From Candidatus Hydrogenedentota bacterium (GTDB lineage: Bacteria; Hydrogenedentota; Hydrogenedentia; Hydrogenedentales; SLHB01), in assembly GCA_045863295.1 (NCBI GenBank), contig BTWA01000015.1:32001-96000 (forward strand): a stretch of DNA of 64,000 bases, read 5' to 3'. Both the position numbers and the translations under genes were made by a program. Shown here in pieces: positions 10,272 through 21,081 of this stretch. Under the pieces are notes generated by a model. That model ran no database searches. It was not told where the DNA came from and saw nothing but the letters and a program-made list of their open reading frames with translations. How positions within the stretch are numbered: the stretch's first letter is position 1; each line of letters begins with the position of its first letter.

Positions 10272-11138
10272 ATGCGCACTATTTGTATTGGATCCGTTGC
10301 CGCGATTCTGGCCGTTCTGCCTGCGTTGGCTCAGACTGAAATCAAACAAATCACTTTTGGCGACAAGCGGGACGTGGATCCCATGGTTTCGCCAGATGGA
10401 AACCACCTGGCCTTTTCAAGCAATCGCACCGGTACATTTAACATTTTTCTGTACACGTTTGGCGAGTCGGGCATTGCACAGCTGACTCAGGGCAAAAAGG
10501 ACGACCGGCACCCCCATTGGCTTCCGGACAACAGAAAGATTGTGTTTTCCTCGAAGCGGACTGGCAACGGCGATCTGTACGTCACCGACCGCCAGGGCAA
10601 AGAGGGTTTCTTGCAGATCACTGATCGCGACCATGTGGAATCGTTTCCGTGTGTATCGCGCAGCGGGGCGATCTCGTTTACAACGGCGCCGGACAAGTTG
10701 GTGCCATTGAGGACAAACGAGCATGTGGCCTATTCGGCAACACAGGGCGCCGCGAACAATGCGAAGCAACTTGGGGAGGGCGATCAGGCGCGATTTTCGC
10801 CGGATGGCAAGAAACTGGTTTTCGTATCGGACCGCACGAAGAATAAGGATATATGGGTCATGAACGCCGACGGTTCGCTGCAAACCCAGTTGACGACGGA
10901 TGCAAAAGACGATCAGCATCCCGCGTTCTCGCCTAACGGCAAGTCCATTGTGTTTACCTCCAACCGGGCGGGCAACAACGACATTTGGGTCATGGACGCG
11001 GACGGAGGCAATCCCCGGCAATTGACAAGCGGTGGAGACGACGAAGAGCAACCCTGTTGGAGCGCCGGCGGTTACATCTACTACGTGAAGAAACAAGGCG
11101 AATTCACGTCGAACATTTTCCGCATGAAGGCGCCATGA
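10272..11138 (+). CDS. TolB-like PD40 beta-propeller protein
   Basis: Repeated SPDG..(L/I)(A/V)F.S.R motifs; signal peptide; AGGAGG RBS. Confidence 0.88.
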   Translation: MRTICIGSVAAILAVLPALAQTEIKQITFGDKRDVDPMVSPDGNHLAFSSNRTGTFNIFLYTFGESGIAQLTQGKKDDRHPHWLPDNRKIVFSSKRTGNGDLYVTDRQGKEGFLQITDRDHVESFPCVSRSGAISFTTAPDKLVPLRTNEHVAYSATQGAANNAKQLGEGDQARFSPDGKKLVFVSDRTKNKDIWVMNADGSLQTQLTTDAKDDQHPAFSPNGKSIVFTSNRAGNNDIWVMDADGGNPRQLTSGGDDEEQPCWSAGGYIYYVKKQGEFTSNIFRMKAP

Positions 11139-11148
11139 CCGCGGGTGT

Positions 11149-13161
11149 TCAGGCTCTATTCAAGAGCGTGCGGACTTTCTTCAACAACTGGTCCCGATCA
11201 TAGGGTTTTTGAATCCAGTCGATGTCCTTGCCCGGCTTGATATCCGACGCCACAACGCGTGAACTGTATCCGCTGCAAAGTAACATCGGGATATTCCGGT
11301 CTCGTTCGCGCAAGCGTTGATACAGGTCCATTCCGCTCAGTTTGGGCATCACGATATCGGAAACGATCAGACTGATGGTCTCGTCGGAATCTATAATTGA
11401 AAGGGCTTCCGTACCGTTGCCTGCAGCGATTACCGTATATCCGGAGCGCTCAAGAATTGTCTTGGCCAGTTCGCGCAGGACCTTGTTGTCTTCGACCACG
11501 AGGATTGTCTCAGGTCCGCCCACGGCGGCGGATTCCACTTTGCGATCGACGGCCACGGCGAGCCGCTCCGAACTGGGCAGGTAGATTTTGAAGATGGTGC
11601 CCTTTCCCAACTCGCTGTAGCAATGGATGAATCCATCGTGCTGCTTTACAATACCGTAGACGGTGGCCAAACCCAGGCCTGTTCCCTTGCCTTCTCCCTT
11701 GGTGGTAAAGAACGGCTCAAACACATGCGCGGCGACTTCCGGGGCCATACCTGTGCCTGTATCGGACACGGACAGCAAAATGAATCGTCCTGGCCGTGCC
11801 CAAGGATGGCTTTCCATATAGGAACCGTTAATAAGTACGTTTTCCGTTTCGATGCAGATGCGCCCTCCGCGCGGTGAGGCATCTCGCGCATTGATGCATA
11901 GATTGAGCAACACTTGTTCCAATTGTCCTGCATCGGCCTCCACAGTTCCGAGGTTGTGACCGGGGATGAACTCCAGGCTGATGTCTTCCGAAATGACGCG
12001 CCGTAACATGTCGAGCATGCTGTTGATAATTGAATTGAGGGCACATGGCTCGCGTTGCAGCAACTGCCTCCGGCTGAACGCGAGCAATTGCCGTGTCAGG
12101 CCCGCGGCCCGCTCGGCCGCATCCCGTATTCCGGTGAGATTGGCGTGCAAGTCGCTCTCTTCATCAACTTCGTCCATGCTGAGGACTGCGTATCCGAGTA
12201 TTGCCTGAAGCACATTATTGAAATCGTGAGCGATACCCCCCACCAATTGACCCACCGAATCCAGGCGTTGGGTACGATTCAACTGATCCCGCATTCGCAG
12301 TTCTTCCGTCACGTCCCGCTGCAGCACCACGTAGCCCGTAATGCGTTGGTATCGATCGCACACGCTTGAGACAGTTGTGTCGCAGGTGTAAAACTCGCCG
12401 GCCTTCGTCTTGTTGATGAACTGTCCGTGCCATACCGCGCCACTGGTGATGCAATCGTAAAATTCCCTGTAAAACTCGTCTGAATGCTGGCCGCTCTTGA
12501 GGATGCGCAGGTTATTTCCTTGCGCTACGCCTTCGGCATATCCGGTCATATTGACAAAGGCGGGATTTACGTATTCGATGGTGCCGTCGGCGGAGGTGAC
12601 GACGATGGCTTCCGCCGCGCATTCGATGGCGGTTGCGAGCCGTGTCAAACGTTGCTCGGCCCTTTCGCGATGTTCGATTTCCCGAGAGAGCTGTTGGTTC
12701 TTTTTCTGCAGGTCGGCCGTTCGAAGGGCCACGAGCTCTTCGAGATGATCCCGATGTTTTCGCAATTCCGCCTCGGTTCGGGCGCGTTCCATGGCATATC
12801 CGATCGTGCGATCGATAATCTCAGGATCCACGCGGCCTTTCACCAGATAATCCTGGGCACCGCCACGGGCCGCCTGATGGGCGATGGATTCGTCGTTTAG
12901 ACCGGTCATAATAACGATGGGCATCAACCCATTGATGGCGCGCATCCGCTCCAGCGTTTGCAGTCCGTGGGAATCGGGAAGCGACAGGTCAAGCAGCACG
13001 ACATCGAACTCACGATCGGCGAGCATACTGGCGGCATCGGACATTCGATCCGCCACGTCGACGGAGTAGCGAGTTCTCGAAATCTCACCTATGTACTCCC
13101 GGAGCAACCCGGCATCGTCCGGGTTATCCTCCACCAGCAAGATTCGGATGAGGTCGGTCAT
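11149..13161 (-). CDS. Hybrid sensor kinase (REC-PAS-HisKA-HATPase-REC)
   Basis: GIAHDFNN H-box, NLCINARDA, KGTGLGL, receiver domains at both ends. Confidence 0.95.
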   Translation of the reverse strand: MTDLIRILLVEDNPDDAGLLREYIGEISRTRYSVDVADRMSDAASMLADREFDVVLLDLSLPDSHGLQTLERMRAINGLMPIVIMTGLNDESIAHQAARGGAQDYLVKGRVDPEIIDRTIGYAMERARTEAELRKHRDHLEELVALRTADLQKKNQQLSREIEHRERAEQRLTRLATAIECAAEAIVVTSADGTIEYVNPAFVNMTGYAEGVAQGNNLRILKSGQHSDEFYREFYDCITSGAVWHGQFINKTKAGEFYTCDTTVSSVCDRYQRITGYVVLQRDVTEELRMRDQLNRTQRLDSVGQLVGGIAHDFNNVLQAILGYAVLSMDEVDEESDLHANLTGIRDAAERAAGLTRQLLAFSRRQLLQREPCALNSIINSMLDMLRRVISEDISLEFIPGHNLGTVEADAGQLEQVLLNLCINARDASPRGGRICIETENVLINGSYMESHPWARPGRFILLSVSDTGTGMAPEVAAHVFEPFFTTKGEGKGTGLGLATVYGIVKQHDGFIHCYSELGKGTIFKIYLPSSERLAVAVDRKVESAAVGGPETILVVEDNKVLRELAKTILERSGYTVIAAGNGTEALSIIDSDETISLIVSDIVMPKLSGMDLYQRLRERDRNIPMLLCSGYSSRVVASDIKPGKDIDWIQKPYDRDQLLKKVRTLLNRA

Positions 13162-13188
13162 CGATACTCTCCAGTAAGGCTGTACTTC

Positions 13189-13635
13189 CTAATGCCGATG
13201 GGGCAATCGCACGATTGCAAACCAAAAATCCTGAATGGCCCCGACCACTTTCAGGAACTGTTCAAAGTCGACCGGTTTCTGGATATAACAGTTCACATGA
13301 CGCTTGTAGGAACTGAGAATATCTTCTTCAGCTCCGGACGTGGTGAGGATCACAACGGGCAGATCCTTCAAAGTGTCATCGGCACGAACCTCTTCCAGCA
13401 CTTGCCGTCCATCCTTGCGCGGCATGTTTAGATCGAGAAGAAACAGGTCGGGCCGCGGTACATTTTCGAAGGGCGGTTCCTTCCTCAGGAAGGCCATGGC
13501 CTCCACCCCGTCCTTCACATGATGCAAGTTGATTGCGAGCTTGGATTCCTGCAATGCCTCTCGGGTGAGGTCCACGTCATCCTGATTGTCTTCGGCCATG
13601 AGAATGTGTACTGGCGCGTGATGTTGCTCAATCAT
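13189..13635 (-). CDS. Single-domain response regulator (Rcp1-like)
   Basis: AEDN, LLDLNMPRKDG, VVILTTS, YIQKPVDF. Confidence 0.95.
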   Translation of the reverse strand: MIEQHHAPVHILMAEDNQDDVDLTREALQESKLAINLHHVKDGVEAMAFLRKEPPFENVPRPDLFLLDLNMPRKDGRQVLEEVRADDTLKDLPVVILTTSGAEEDILSSYKRHVNCYIQKPVDFEQFLKVVGAIQDFWFAIVRLPHRH

Positions 13636-15040
13636 GTAGGTTTCCCCTTGCTTCTTTCAGCGTGAAGTAGAATGTAGTACCCTCGCCCGGCGTGGATTCG
13701 ACCCAAATTCGGCCTCCATGCCGTTCCACGATTTTCTTGCAAATGGCCAACCCCACGCCCGTTCCCTGATATTCCTGGCGGGTGTGAAGCCGTTGAAACA
13801 TGAGGAAGATCCGGTCGGCGTACTGGGGATCAAATCCGATTCCATTGTCGCCGATGCTAATGGTCCATTCGCCCGAGCCGTTGGGACCCTTGCGCGCATC
13901 AATCTTGATTTCCGGTTTACGTTCTCCCCGGAATTTGATGGCATTGCCCAGAAGATTCTGAAATAGCTGTAGTAATTGGGACCGATCGCCCTGTACGGCA
14001 GGAAAGCGCGCTCGGGTTACACCCGCATTCGATCGCTTGATGCTGGCATCCAGATTGGCGAGGGCATCGTCCACCACGCTCGCCAGTGGCACTACGTCCA
14101 TTGGTTTTGCCTTGGTGGACAACCGTGAGTACGCCAACATGTCTTCGATCAGTTGCTGCATTCGCTTGGCCGCTGCGACGGACTTCTCAATGTATTCAAC
14201 ACCCTTGTCGTCGATCTTTTCCTTGTATCGGCGTCCTAGAAGTTGTACGTACCCTGAAATGGAGCGGAGCGGTTCCTGCAAATCGTGGGAGGCGATGTAT
14301 GCGAAATGCTGTAAATCCGCGTTTGCCGCTTCCAGGGATTGGTTGGACCGGTTGAGTTCGTCGGTATACTGTTCCAGCCGCTTCATGATTTCGTGCCGAA
14401 TCACGATTTCCCGCCGTACCCTGAGGCCGGCGGCACCGGCCACCAGCAGAATCAAGAGGGTGGAGAAAAGCAGCGTGGCCGCGGTAACGCGCGTGCTCCA
14501 CGCGATTTCGATACTTTTTGCCTCAAGCAGTTGCTCTTCTTCGTCGGAGAACTCACGAATGATCTGCCTGATCTGATCCATCGTCGTCTTGCCACGGTCA
14601 GTAAGTACAATGCCGCGAGCCGCATCGAATCCCGTAGACCGCATCGTAGCGACTGTCTCACTCATTTCGGCAAGTTTCTCGCGAATGAGCGGCTCCAAAG
14701 CAGCCAGTTGTGCTTCTTGTTGAGCATTTCCCGTGATGAGATCGCGCAACAATTCGATCTGGGGTTCGAGGCGTTCCAGGGAGAGCGTGTAGCGCTCTAT
14801 GTACCGGTCAGAGCCCGTAATAATAAATCCGCGTTGGCTGGTTTCCGCGTCGACTAAGGTCTTGAGGAGATCGTTGAGTGCCAACAGCACATTCTTCGTG
14901 TGGCGGGCACTTTCAAAATCATTGTAGGCCCGGTAGCTCCCCCACAGGGACACGCCCAGAACCGCGATGAGCAGAAGGGTGCAACCAATAAAGACGGGAT
15001 ACAGCAATCGGCCCAGGTTGAGTTGCTTTGCTTCTGGCAC
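13628..15040 (-). CDS. CHASE3-domain sensor histidine kinase
   Basis: DAETSQRGFIITG (CHASE3), ASHDLQEPLR, NLLGNAIKF, GTGVGL. Confidence 0.95.
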   Translation of the reverse strand: MPEAKQLNLGRLLYPVFIGCTLLLIAVLGVSLWGSYRAYNDFESARHTKNVLLALNDLLKTLVDAETSQRGFIITGSDRYIERYTLSLERLEPQIELLRDLITGNAQQEAQLAALEPLIREKLAEMSETVATMRSTGFDAARGIVLTDRGKTTMDQIRQIIREFSDEEEQLLEAKSIEIAWSTRVTAATLLFSTLLILLVAGAAGLRVRREIVIRHEIMKRLEQYTDELNRSNQSLEAANADLQHFAYIASHDLQEPLRSISGYVQLLGRRYKEKIDDKGVEYIEKSVAAAKRMQQLIEDMLAYSRLSTKAKPMDVVPLASVVDDALANLDASIKRSNAGVTRARFPAVQGDRSQLLQLFQNLLGNAIKFRGERKPEIKIDARKGPNGSGEWTISIGDNGIGFDPQYADRIFLMFQRLHTRQEYQGTGVGLAICKKIVERHGGRIWVESTPGEGTTFYFTLKEARGNLHD

Positions 15041-15394
15041 GGCGATTCACACTCCAAAGACCCTGCAGGACTGTCGATGGAACACTTTCCGGCCTGAACC
15101 TGTGCCCGATTTCGCCGCACGCCCTCGAATTCCAACCGTGCTCCCCATGGACACAACGCACCCGGCCCGGCCAATTGTGACAAGTCGACACTACATGTAC
15201 CCGACCGAATGCATTATACACATATAACTCGAATATGCAGCCTTCTTATTGGCCTAAGTAAACTGTACCGCTGGACTGTTTCGCAGCCGGTTCCGGCTTG
15301 ACATCGCCGCGACGATGCGCCAGAAATACCTCGCCACTTTTAGGTGTTGTCTTGGGGAACTTTGCATTTATTGACACGGCATCAGGGGGAAACC

Positions 15395-16033
15395 ATGGGC
15401 GACTTGGACCATTTACTGCGGAATAACCGCGCCTGGGCGGCGGACATGGAAGACCGTGAGCCGGGCTTCTTTGAACGGTTGTCCCACCAACAAACACCGG
15501 AATTCCTTTGGATCGGCTGTTCTGACAGCCGAGTGCCGGCCAACGTTATCGTCGGTTTGGCGCCAGGGGAGATATTCGTGCACCGGAACGTCTCCAACCT
15601 GGCCATCCACACGGACATCAATTGTCTGTCCGTTATGCAATTTGCTGTTGATGTGTTGAAGGTCAAACACATTATCGTGTGCGGTCATTACCGGTGCGGC
15701 GGCATACTCGCGGCGCTCCGAAGCGAACATTTTGGCATCGTCGACATCTGGCTCCGGCATGTGCAGGACGTGCAGGAGAAGCATCAGCATCGGCTGAATG
15801 CACTGTCGAGGGAAGGCGATCAATGGGACCGGCTATGTGAACTCAATGTCATTGAGCAGGTGGTCAACGTGTGCCATTCCGCTGTTGTGCGTAACGCATG
15901 GGAACGGGGCCAAGCAATTGCCATTCACGGATGGATTTATAAGCTGAGCGACGGCATTATTCGAGACCTGCACATGACCATCGCAAGTCCAGACCAGATC
16001 GATCCCGTATACAAGGCCGCAATTGCCGGGTAA
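15395..16033 (+). CDS. can: Beta-class carbonic anhydrase
   Basis: WIGCSDSRV, FVHRNVSN, CGHYRCGG zinc ligands. Confidence 0.95.
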   Translation: MGDLDHLLRNNRAWAADMEDREPGFFERLSHQQTPEFLWIGCSDSRVPANVIVGLAPGEIFVHRNVSNLAIHTDINCLSVMQFAVDVLKVKHIIVCGHYRCGGILAALRSEHFGIVDIWLRHVQDVQEKHQHRLNALSREGDQWDRLCELNVIEQVVNVCHSAVVRNAWERGQAIAIHGWIYKLSDGIIRDLHMTIASPDQIDPVYKAAIAG

Positions 16034-16049
16034 CAATTGTGCAACATAG

Positions 16050-17084
16050 TCACTTCACCGTAATTTGACCCACATAGATATCCGATTCACTCGGGCGGTC
16101 TTCGGAGCGCGTTTCGTGTTGGGAATACCAACTGACGAAAAACCGAGGGGTTGAGCCGCCTTCGGCCGAGGGGTCGGGTATCAACCCGGGATACGACGTG
16201 TCGCCGCCGCTGGGCAGGGTCAACAGTAGGTTGGCCTTGCCGTCTTTGATTTCCCACAACGATGTATTGAAACCACCGTTGGATTTTCCCCGGCCTGAAA
16301 CAAATACACGGTCACTCCAACGAACTACTACCGGCGAATGAATGACTTGGCCAAGGGTACTTCCTGTCCAGGACGTTCGTTCGGGATTGCTTCGAAACAG
16401 AAACGCTTCGTTGACGGTGTCTTCCATCCGCGTCACCACGGATATGGATCCGTCGGCTTCAAACAGCATGTCGGATTCGGTGGGCAAGCGATCCTTTGTA
16501 ATGCTGCTTACCAGCGAAAATGCGGCCCCGTTATCCGAGACAAGCAGAAGTGTTTCCCGTACTTCTGGCTTGGGGCGCACCGCTGTGTAGGCAAGTCCAT
16601 AAAACTTGCCGTCGTGGTACCGGACGCGCCAAACCCACCACCCCGCTTTGTAGATGCCGACCGGTTTTGACCATTTTTCCCCATCCGTAGTTGACGTGAC
16701 AAATGACTTCACGCTTTTTCGTTCCACCAACTCGGGACCGTCGGTATGCAGCAGGTCCCACGTTCCGAAATAGAGGTAAAGGGTGTCTTCCGTCGGGGCG
16801 AAGTGCGCATCCCGATCGTCTCCCAAGGTCTTGATCCGACCGCAAGGACTCCAGGCCTTGAGATCGTCACTACGAAGAATTCGAATCTCGCCGTCGCCGG
16901 ACGCATGGCTTTCGCCATGCCTGAATCCGAGGTAGTACTGCCCTTTCCAGTAAACCAGATCGGTAAACGCGTTGTGGCGCTCGTGGTGGGTCACACGGAC
17001 ACTCCAATCGAGTGTCGCCTCCGCGAAAGCGGCGACTGCCAGGAAGGAAATGAGCAAAATGCAAAGGCAGAGTGAAGTCCGCAT
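16050..17084 (-). CDS. Exported sialidase/BNR-like beta-propeller protein
   Basis: Signal peptide; HNAFTDL, Asp-box-like STTDGEKWS and SDNG, GGDTSYPG. Confidence 0.65.
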   Translation of the reverse strand: MRTSLCLCILLISFLAVAAFAEATLDWSVRVTHHERHNAFTDLVYWKGQYYLGFRHGESHASGDGEIRILRSDDLKAWSPCGRIKTLGDDRDAHFAPTEDTLYLYFGTWDLLHTDGPELVERKSVKSFVTSTTDGEKWSKPVGIYKAGWWVWRVRYHDGKFYGLAYTAVRPKPEVRETLLLVSDNGAAFSLVSSITKDRLPTESDMLFEADGSISVVTRMEDTVNEAFLFRSNPERTSWTGSTLGQVIHSPVVVRWSDRVFVSGRGKSNGGFNTSLWEIKDGKANLLLTLPSGGDTSYPGLIPDPSAEGGSTPRFFVSWYSQHETRSEDRPSESDIYVGQITVK

Positions 17085-17253
17085 GGCACCCCCTTACATT
17101 TACGGTTGATTAGGCGTATCCAGTTTCGTGTTCTTCGACGTTTAAATGCAACTTGGCAAAATTTATATGTTGACAAAAATTGGTTTTTATTGAAAAATAT
17201 GTTACTAGTTTTATTTTCGACAACAGTTTACTGATCCAAGGAGTCCAATTCCC

Positions 17254-17781
17254 ATGAATCGGCCATGGATTGGCGCATGTCTGGCCCTAGGTCTACTCGT
17301 TTCCGGTTGCGTGACCGGCGGGGGCCGGACCAGCCAATCCCATATTCCCAGCGCCTGGCCCACGGATAAGGGATATCCAGTCACATCGGTATTTGGTCCC
17401 AGGCAAGATCCGTTGACCAGGGCGTTGAAGAACCACAACGGGTTGGACATTGCGGCACCCAATAAATCCGACGTGTTTGCCGCGGGTGCGGGAAGGGTTT
17501 GCTATTCCGGCCGTACGGATAACGGCTACGGCAATCTGATCGGTATTGACCATGGAAATGGGTTGGAGTCATGGTACGCCCATCTGTCCAAGCGAAAGGC
17601 CAAAGTTGGCCGCAGGGTGGATCAAGGACAGGTCATCGGCAAGGTCGGAAAGACGGGCCGGGCCACAGCGCCCCACCTGCACTTTGAAGTAAGACACCAA
17701 GGCAAACCTATCGATCCCGCACTCTACATTGCCGCTGAACCGCGGGTGCGCGTCGCCCGGGAGGAAGGCGGGGTTCCGTGA
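17254..17781 (+). CDS. M23 family metallopeptidase lipoprotein
   Basis: VSGC lipobox, HNGLD, YAHLS, PHLHFEV. Confidence 0.92.
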   Translation: MNRPWIGACLALGLLVSGCVTGGGRTSQSHIPSAWPTDKGYPVTSVFGPRQDPLTRALKNHNGLDIAAPNKSDVFAAGAGRVCYSGRTDNGYGNLIGIDHGNGLESWYAHLSKRKAKVGRRVDQGQVIGKVGKTGRATAPHLHFEVRHQGKPIDPALYIAAEPRVRVAREEGGVP

Positions 17782-17984
17782 GATTGAAGAATCTGCGCAA
17801 ATATCTTCTGATGAAACGTCTGGGGCAGCGCAGGCGGGCTATCGTCGATGCCGCGGCCGCGGACATCATCATACTTTTGCCGACGCATATCTCTCATGTC
17901 CGCGACGAGTTTTCGGACCCGCGCCATCGCAAGACCAAACCGTCCAATGCCGCCTGACTGGCATTCCCTCGTTCCTGGGCCGTC

Positions 17985-20279
17985 TTACGTCATTGACTGA
18001 CGCGAATTGCCCATTTCAAACTGCAGCGCACTCACCCGTGTGCGAAAGAAAGCGTTCTGAACGGAGCCCGCAAGTGTTTCCGCGGAAGCGTTGTCTTCAT
18101 GCAAATCGATCACGGTTGTTGCGGCACCCTGCAAGACCGCGTGAAAGAGGCCTTCCATTTCCATTCGATCGTGGGCTGTGATATCTCGAGCCGCATTCAA
18201 ACGCGCTCCGGGCGTGTAGTAGACATCCTGGGTCAGTGGATCCGCCTTTACGTTGGCCGCTGCCTTCGCCGGTTCATAGTGCAGGTCGAGACTGGCCAGC
18301 CGTCTCGAGATAGCCAGGGAGGTCGACTCGTCGATCTGTAATTTCAGACAAGCATGCTCCGCATAGGTAGCGCACCGGTCAGCCAGACGCCGGAGTATCC
18401 GGACGGCCATCTCACGTGCGTCGACTGATTCTGAAACGTTCTTGCCGGTTAAATGATAAATACATTCCGCGAGTCCAGTGACGCCGATAATTCCGACGGC
18501 TCGATTCAAATCGAGATACGCGTCGCCGCCGTATTCAAAACCGAGGCGGGCAAAGGGACCAAACTCCTTGGATCCCGCCAGCTTTTCCAGGAAACGGGTC
18601 TTCTCATTGACGGAGTGCACAGCCAATCGCACCAGTATTTCAAGCTGCGCGTCCAATGCTTCCTCGCCTGACGCACGGTAGGCGGCTCTGGGCAGATTCA
18701 GCGTAACCCGGTGGGCAGCAAGTTGGCGGGGCTGCCAAACGGGACCTAGAGCGGACATAGGCTCTGAACGTTGGAAACAAAAGCGCACGGGTCTCCCCAT
18801 GGCCGCGCAGGATGACGCCAACAACAGTACTTGTTGGTGATCCGGGCACTCGAAAAACGAGGGAGTCACCCGAATGTTCAACCGGTGCGGGCAATGCGTT
18901 CGTCCGTTTTGCACCAGAAACTCCAACAGCGCGCGCATAAACGCCTGAGCAGTCGGTTCGAAGTGCGCGTACGATTCGTCAAAGCGATCACCCCCTGGTC
19001 CCACGGCGGGCTCGTTTGCAATGTACAAGGGTGTTGCCCAATCCATCGTCATCGAATCAAGGTGGGGCCGGGTTCGAGATTCCGCGGCCATGGCCATGGA
19101 CCACAAACAGGCTGTTTCCGTTAGAGCGCGATGATCGAGCTGGACCAGCCATGGTGCGGCAAACATGTTGAAGGAATCCCATTCGATCGGTACTGCAAAG
19201 TGGTTCCGAAGCACGTTACGCCATTGCGAGACCTGTGCAAACAAGCCATCCGGGCTCTTGGGCGGCCGAGCGTAACGGGCGTTGGAAGATTGAACCGATC
19301 CAAACCTTGCGACGAATCCGGGAGAATGAATCCCTGAGTGGAACCGGTCTATCTGGCCGAGATCGTGCACGTGTATCTCGCCTCGCAAATGCGCCTCGGC
19401 TACTTCGCGGGATAACACTTCGTTGAGGGCGTACTCGCGCTTGACATGGCGCGCAAGCGTTACATCTGTTGCGACGGGGTCCTGGGGGCCTTCGTGTTCG
19501 CCGTGATTGGGGGTACAGATCAGCCGTTCGGCGTCGTACAACGGTACGCCCAACCGCATATGTTTACGCCGGTATTCTTCCAGTCCGCGATCCAGCAGAC
19601 GAACATCCACCAATTCGCGCACTAGCGCGGCGGTAATAGTGGTAACGCTTGCTGCTTGAATCTGGCCTTCCACTTCGAGGGCGATAATCCGGGCGAGTCC
19701 TTCCGCCATGCCGGTTTCCCGGCGAAGCGCTTCGACAATCCGTTCGCGGTCCCAGCCGGTCAGGCGCTCGTCGCTGGTACGCACGATCATCCCGCCCGGA
19801 TCCTCCGCTGGCGCGGCAGGTTGAGCCTCCAAGCCGGCTTCCTGGAGTTCGCTCAACAGACTCCGCATGTCGCCCTGCCGGAGCCGGCGGATGCGATCGC
19901 GTTTGTCGCGATAGCGGGCAAACGCAAGCGCTGTGCGGGCGTGACCCATTTCAATCAGCACCTTTTCTACGGCGTCATTGATCTGTTCGACAGTCACTTT
20001 TTCGGCGCCGGCTTTCTTTGCAAGGTATAGGGCAACGCCGGAGGCTAAACTTGTTGCCCTATCTTTATCTTGTCCTCCCAGGGTTTCCGCCGCTTTGAAT
20101 ATGGCAGCCGCTATTTTGGCTTTGCTGAACGGTTCTTCGCGATTGTCGCGCTTGATGACCGAACACAACCCCTTGGGGGCCCGCATGAGCGCATTGTCGA
20201 ACGAAAGTTGTTCGTCGAATACGCCTTCGACGGCGTGTCCCGCTGAAGCGCCGTCGTTTTCCAAGTTAAACAAATCCAT
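17985..20279 (-). CDS. NrdD (class III RNR)-like protein with two ATP cones, apparently lacking catalytic Cys, Zn ribbon and glycyl-radical loop
   Basis: VIKRD and VRTSD ATP cones, EAHLRGEIHVHDLG, VTLNLPRAAY, IGVTGLAEC, YYT, EGLFH; no terminal CxxC or RxxGY. Confidence 0.8.
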   Translation of the reverse strand: MDLFNLENDGASAGHAVEGVFDEQLSFDNALMRAPKGLCSVIKRDNREEPFSKAKIAAAIFKAAETLGGQDKDRATSLASGVALYLAKKAGAEKVTVEQINDAVEKVLIEMGHARTALAFARYRDKRDRIRRLRQGDMRSLLSELQEAGLEAQPAAPAEDPGGMIVRTSDERLTGWDRERIVEALRRETGMAEGLARIIALEVEGQIQAASVTTITAALVRELVDVRLLDRGLEEYRRKHMRLGVPLYDAERLICTPNHGEHEGPQDPVATDVTLARHVKREYALNEVLSREVAEAHLRGEIHVHDLGQIDRFHSGIHSPGFVARFGSVQSSNARYARPPKSPDGLFAQVSQWRNVLRNHFAVPIEWDSFNMFAAPWLVQLDHRALTETACLWSMAMAAESRTRPHLDSMTMDWATPLYIANEPAVGPGGDRFDESYAHFEPTAQAFMRALLEFLVQNGRTHCPHRLNIRVTPSFFECPDHQQVLLLASSCAAMGRPVRFCFQRSEPMSALGPVWQPRQLAAHRVTLNLPRAAYRASGEEALDAQLEILVRLAVHSVNEKTRFLEKLAGSKEFGPFARLGFEYGGDAYLDLNRAVGIIGVTGLAECIYHLTGKNVSESVDAREMAVRILRRLADRCATYAEHACLKLQIDESTSLAISRRLASLDLHYEPAKAAANVKADPLTQDVYYTPGARLNAARDITAHDRMEMEGLFHAVLQGAATTVIDLHEDNASAETLAGSVQNAFFRTRVSALQFEMGNSRQSMT

Positions 20280-20523
20280 CAAAGAGTTACCTGCGACTAC
20301 GGAGTGAGCGCCAAGAAGGCTGGTACAGACCAGTCTCCCGTGTTGTAGCGGGGGTGAGTGTAGCGGGCGTTCAAAAGGACTGCAAACGAAGGTTTAGTTG
20401 ACAGCGGAACTCAGTCGTTCCGCGTGAATCATGACTGGTCAAGGCTGGCAAGAAAGCGTTGAACTCGAATGCCCTGGAATACCGAGGGAATAAGTGCCGT
20501 GAATCGCAGTCGATTCTATCCAA

Positions 20524-20973
20524 TCAGGTGAGCAGGTCTTTTAATTCGTTCATGAACTCGTTGAGGTCCTTGAACTGCCTGTACACCGACGCAAATCGCA
20601 CGTAGGCTACTTCATCAAGGCGTTTCAGACGGTCCATGACAGCCTGACCGATAGCATCGGTGGAGACTTCGTGTTCGGAAGAGTTGAACAGGTGGCGTTC
20701 CAAGTCATCTATCAAGGCTTCGACCTGGTCGAGGCTCACGGGGCGCTTTTCGCAGGCTTTTAGTATACCGCTCTTAATTTTCCAGCGGTCAAACGGTTCT
20801 CGGCGGCCATCTTTTTTGATGACCATCTGCGCTACTTCTTCGATGCGTTCGTAGGTCGTGTATCGTCTTTCACATTTTAAACATTCGCGGCGACGGCGAA
20901 TGGAGTCGCCTTCTTTGGATGACCGTGAATCGACGACTTTGCTTTCGAGGTGAGCACAGAACGGACAGCGCAT
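20524..20973 (-). CDS. nrdR: Transcriptional repressor NrdR
   Basis: [26 protein letters not shown] cone, [10 protein letters not shown]. Confidence 0.98.
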   Translation of the reverse strand: MRCPFCAHLESKVVDSRSSKEGDSIRRRRECLKCERRYTTYERIEEVAQMVIKKDGRREPFDRWKIKSGILKACEKRPVSLDQVEALIDDLERHLFNSSEHEVSTDAIGQAVMDRLKRLDEVAYVRFASVYRQFKDLNEFMNELKDLLT

Positions 20974-21000
20974 GGCGAATCCTTATTTCCCCTTCGGCCA

Positions 21001-21047
21001 CCACAAGATGTGAACCGCAACTCCTTGCGTTCGACAATATCTTGTGT
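21001..21047 (-). promoter_or_regulatory. Tandem NrdR boxes upstream of nrdR
   Basis: 21032-21047 reads ACACAAGATATTGTCG on the minus strand (consensus acaCwAtATaTwGtg); a weaker CCACAAGATGTGAACC lies at 21001-21016, 31 bp away. Confidence 0.7.
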
Positions 21048-21081
21048 GTCGGCACCACTATACCGGAAGCGATTGGGGCTG

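Noticed and set aside
11149..15040. CHASE3 kinase / Rcp1 / hybrid kinase cluster as a novelty
   Set aside because: This is a common, well-described phosphorelay arrangement.
17724..17984. Frameshifted missing C-terminus of NrdD
   Set aside because: I saw no CxxC pairs or RxxGY motif in the minus-strand frames downstream of the stop.
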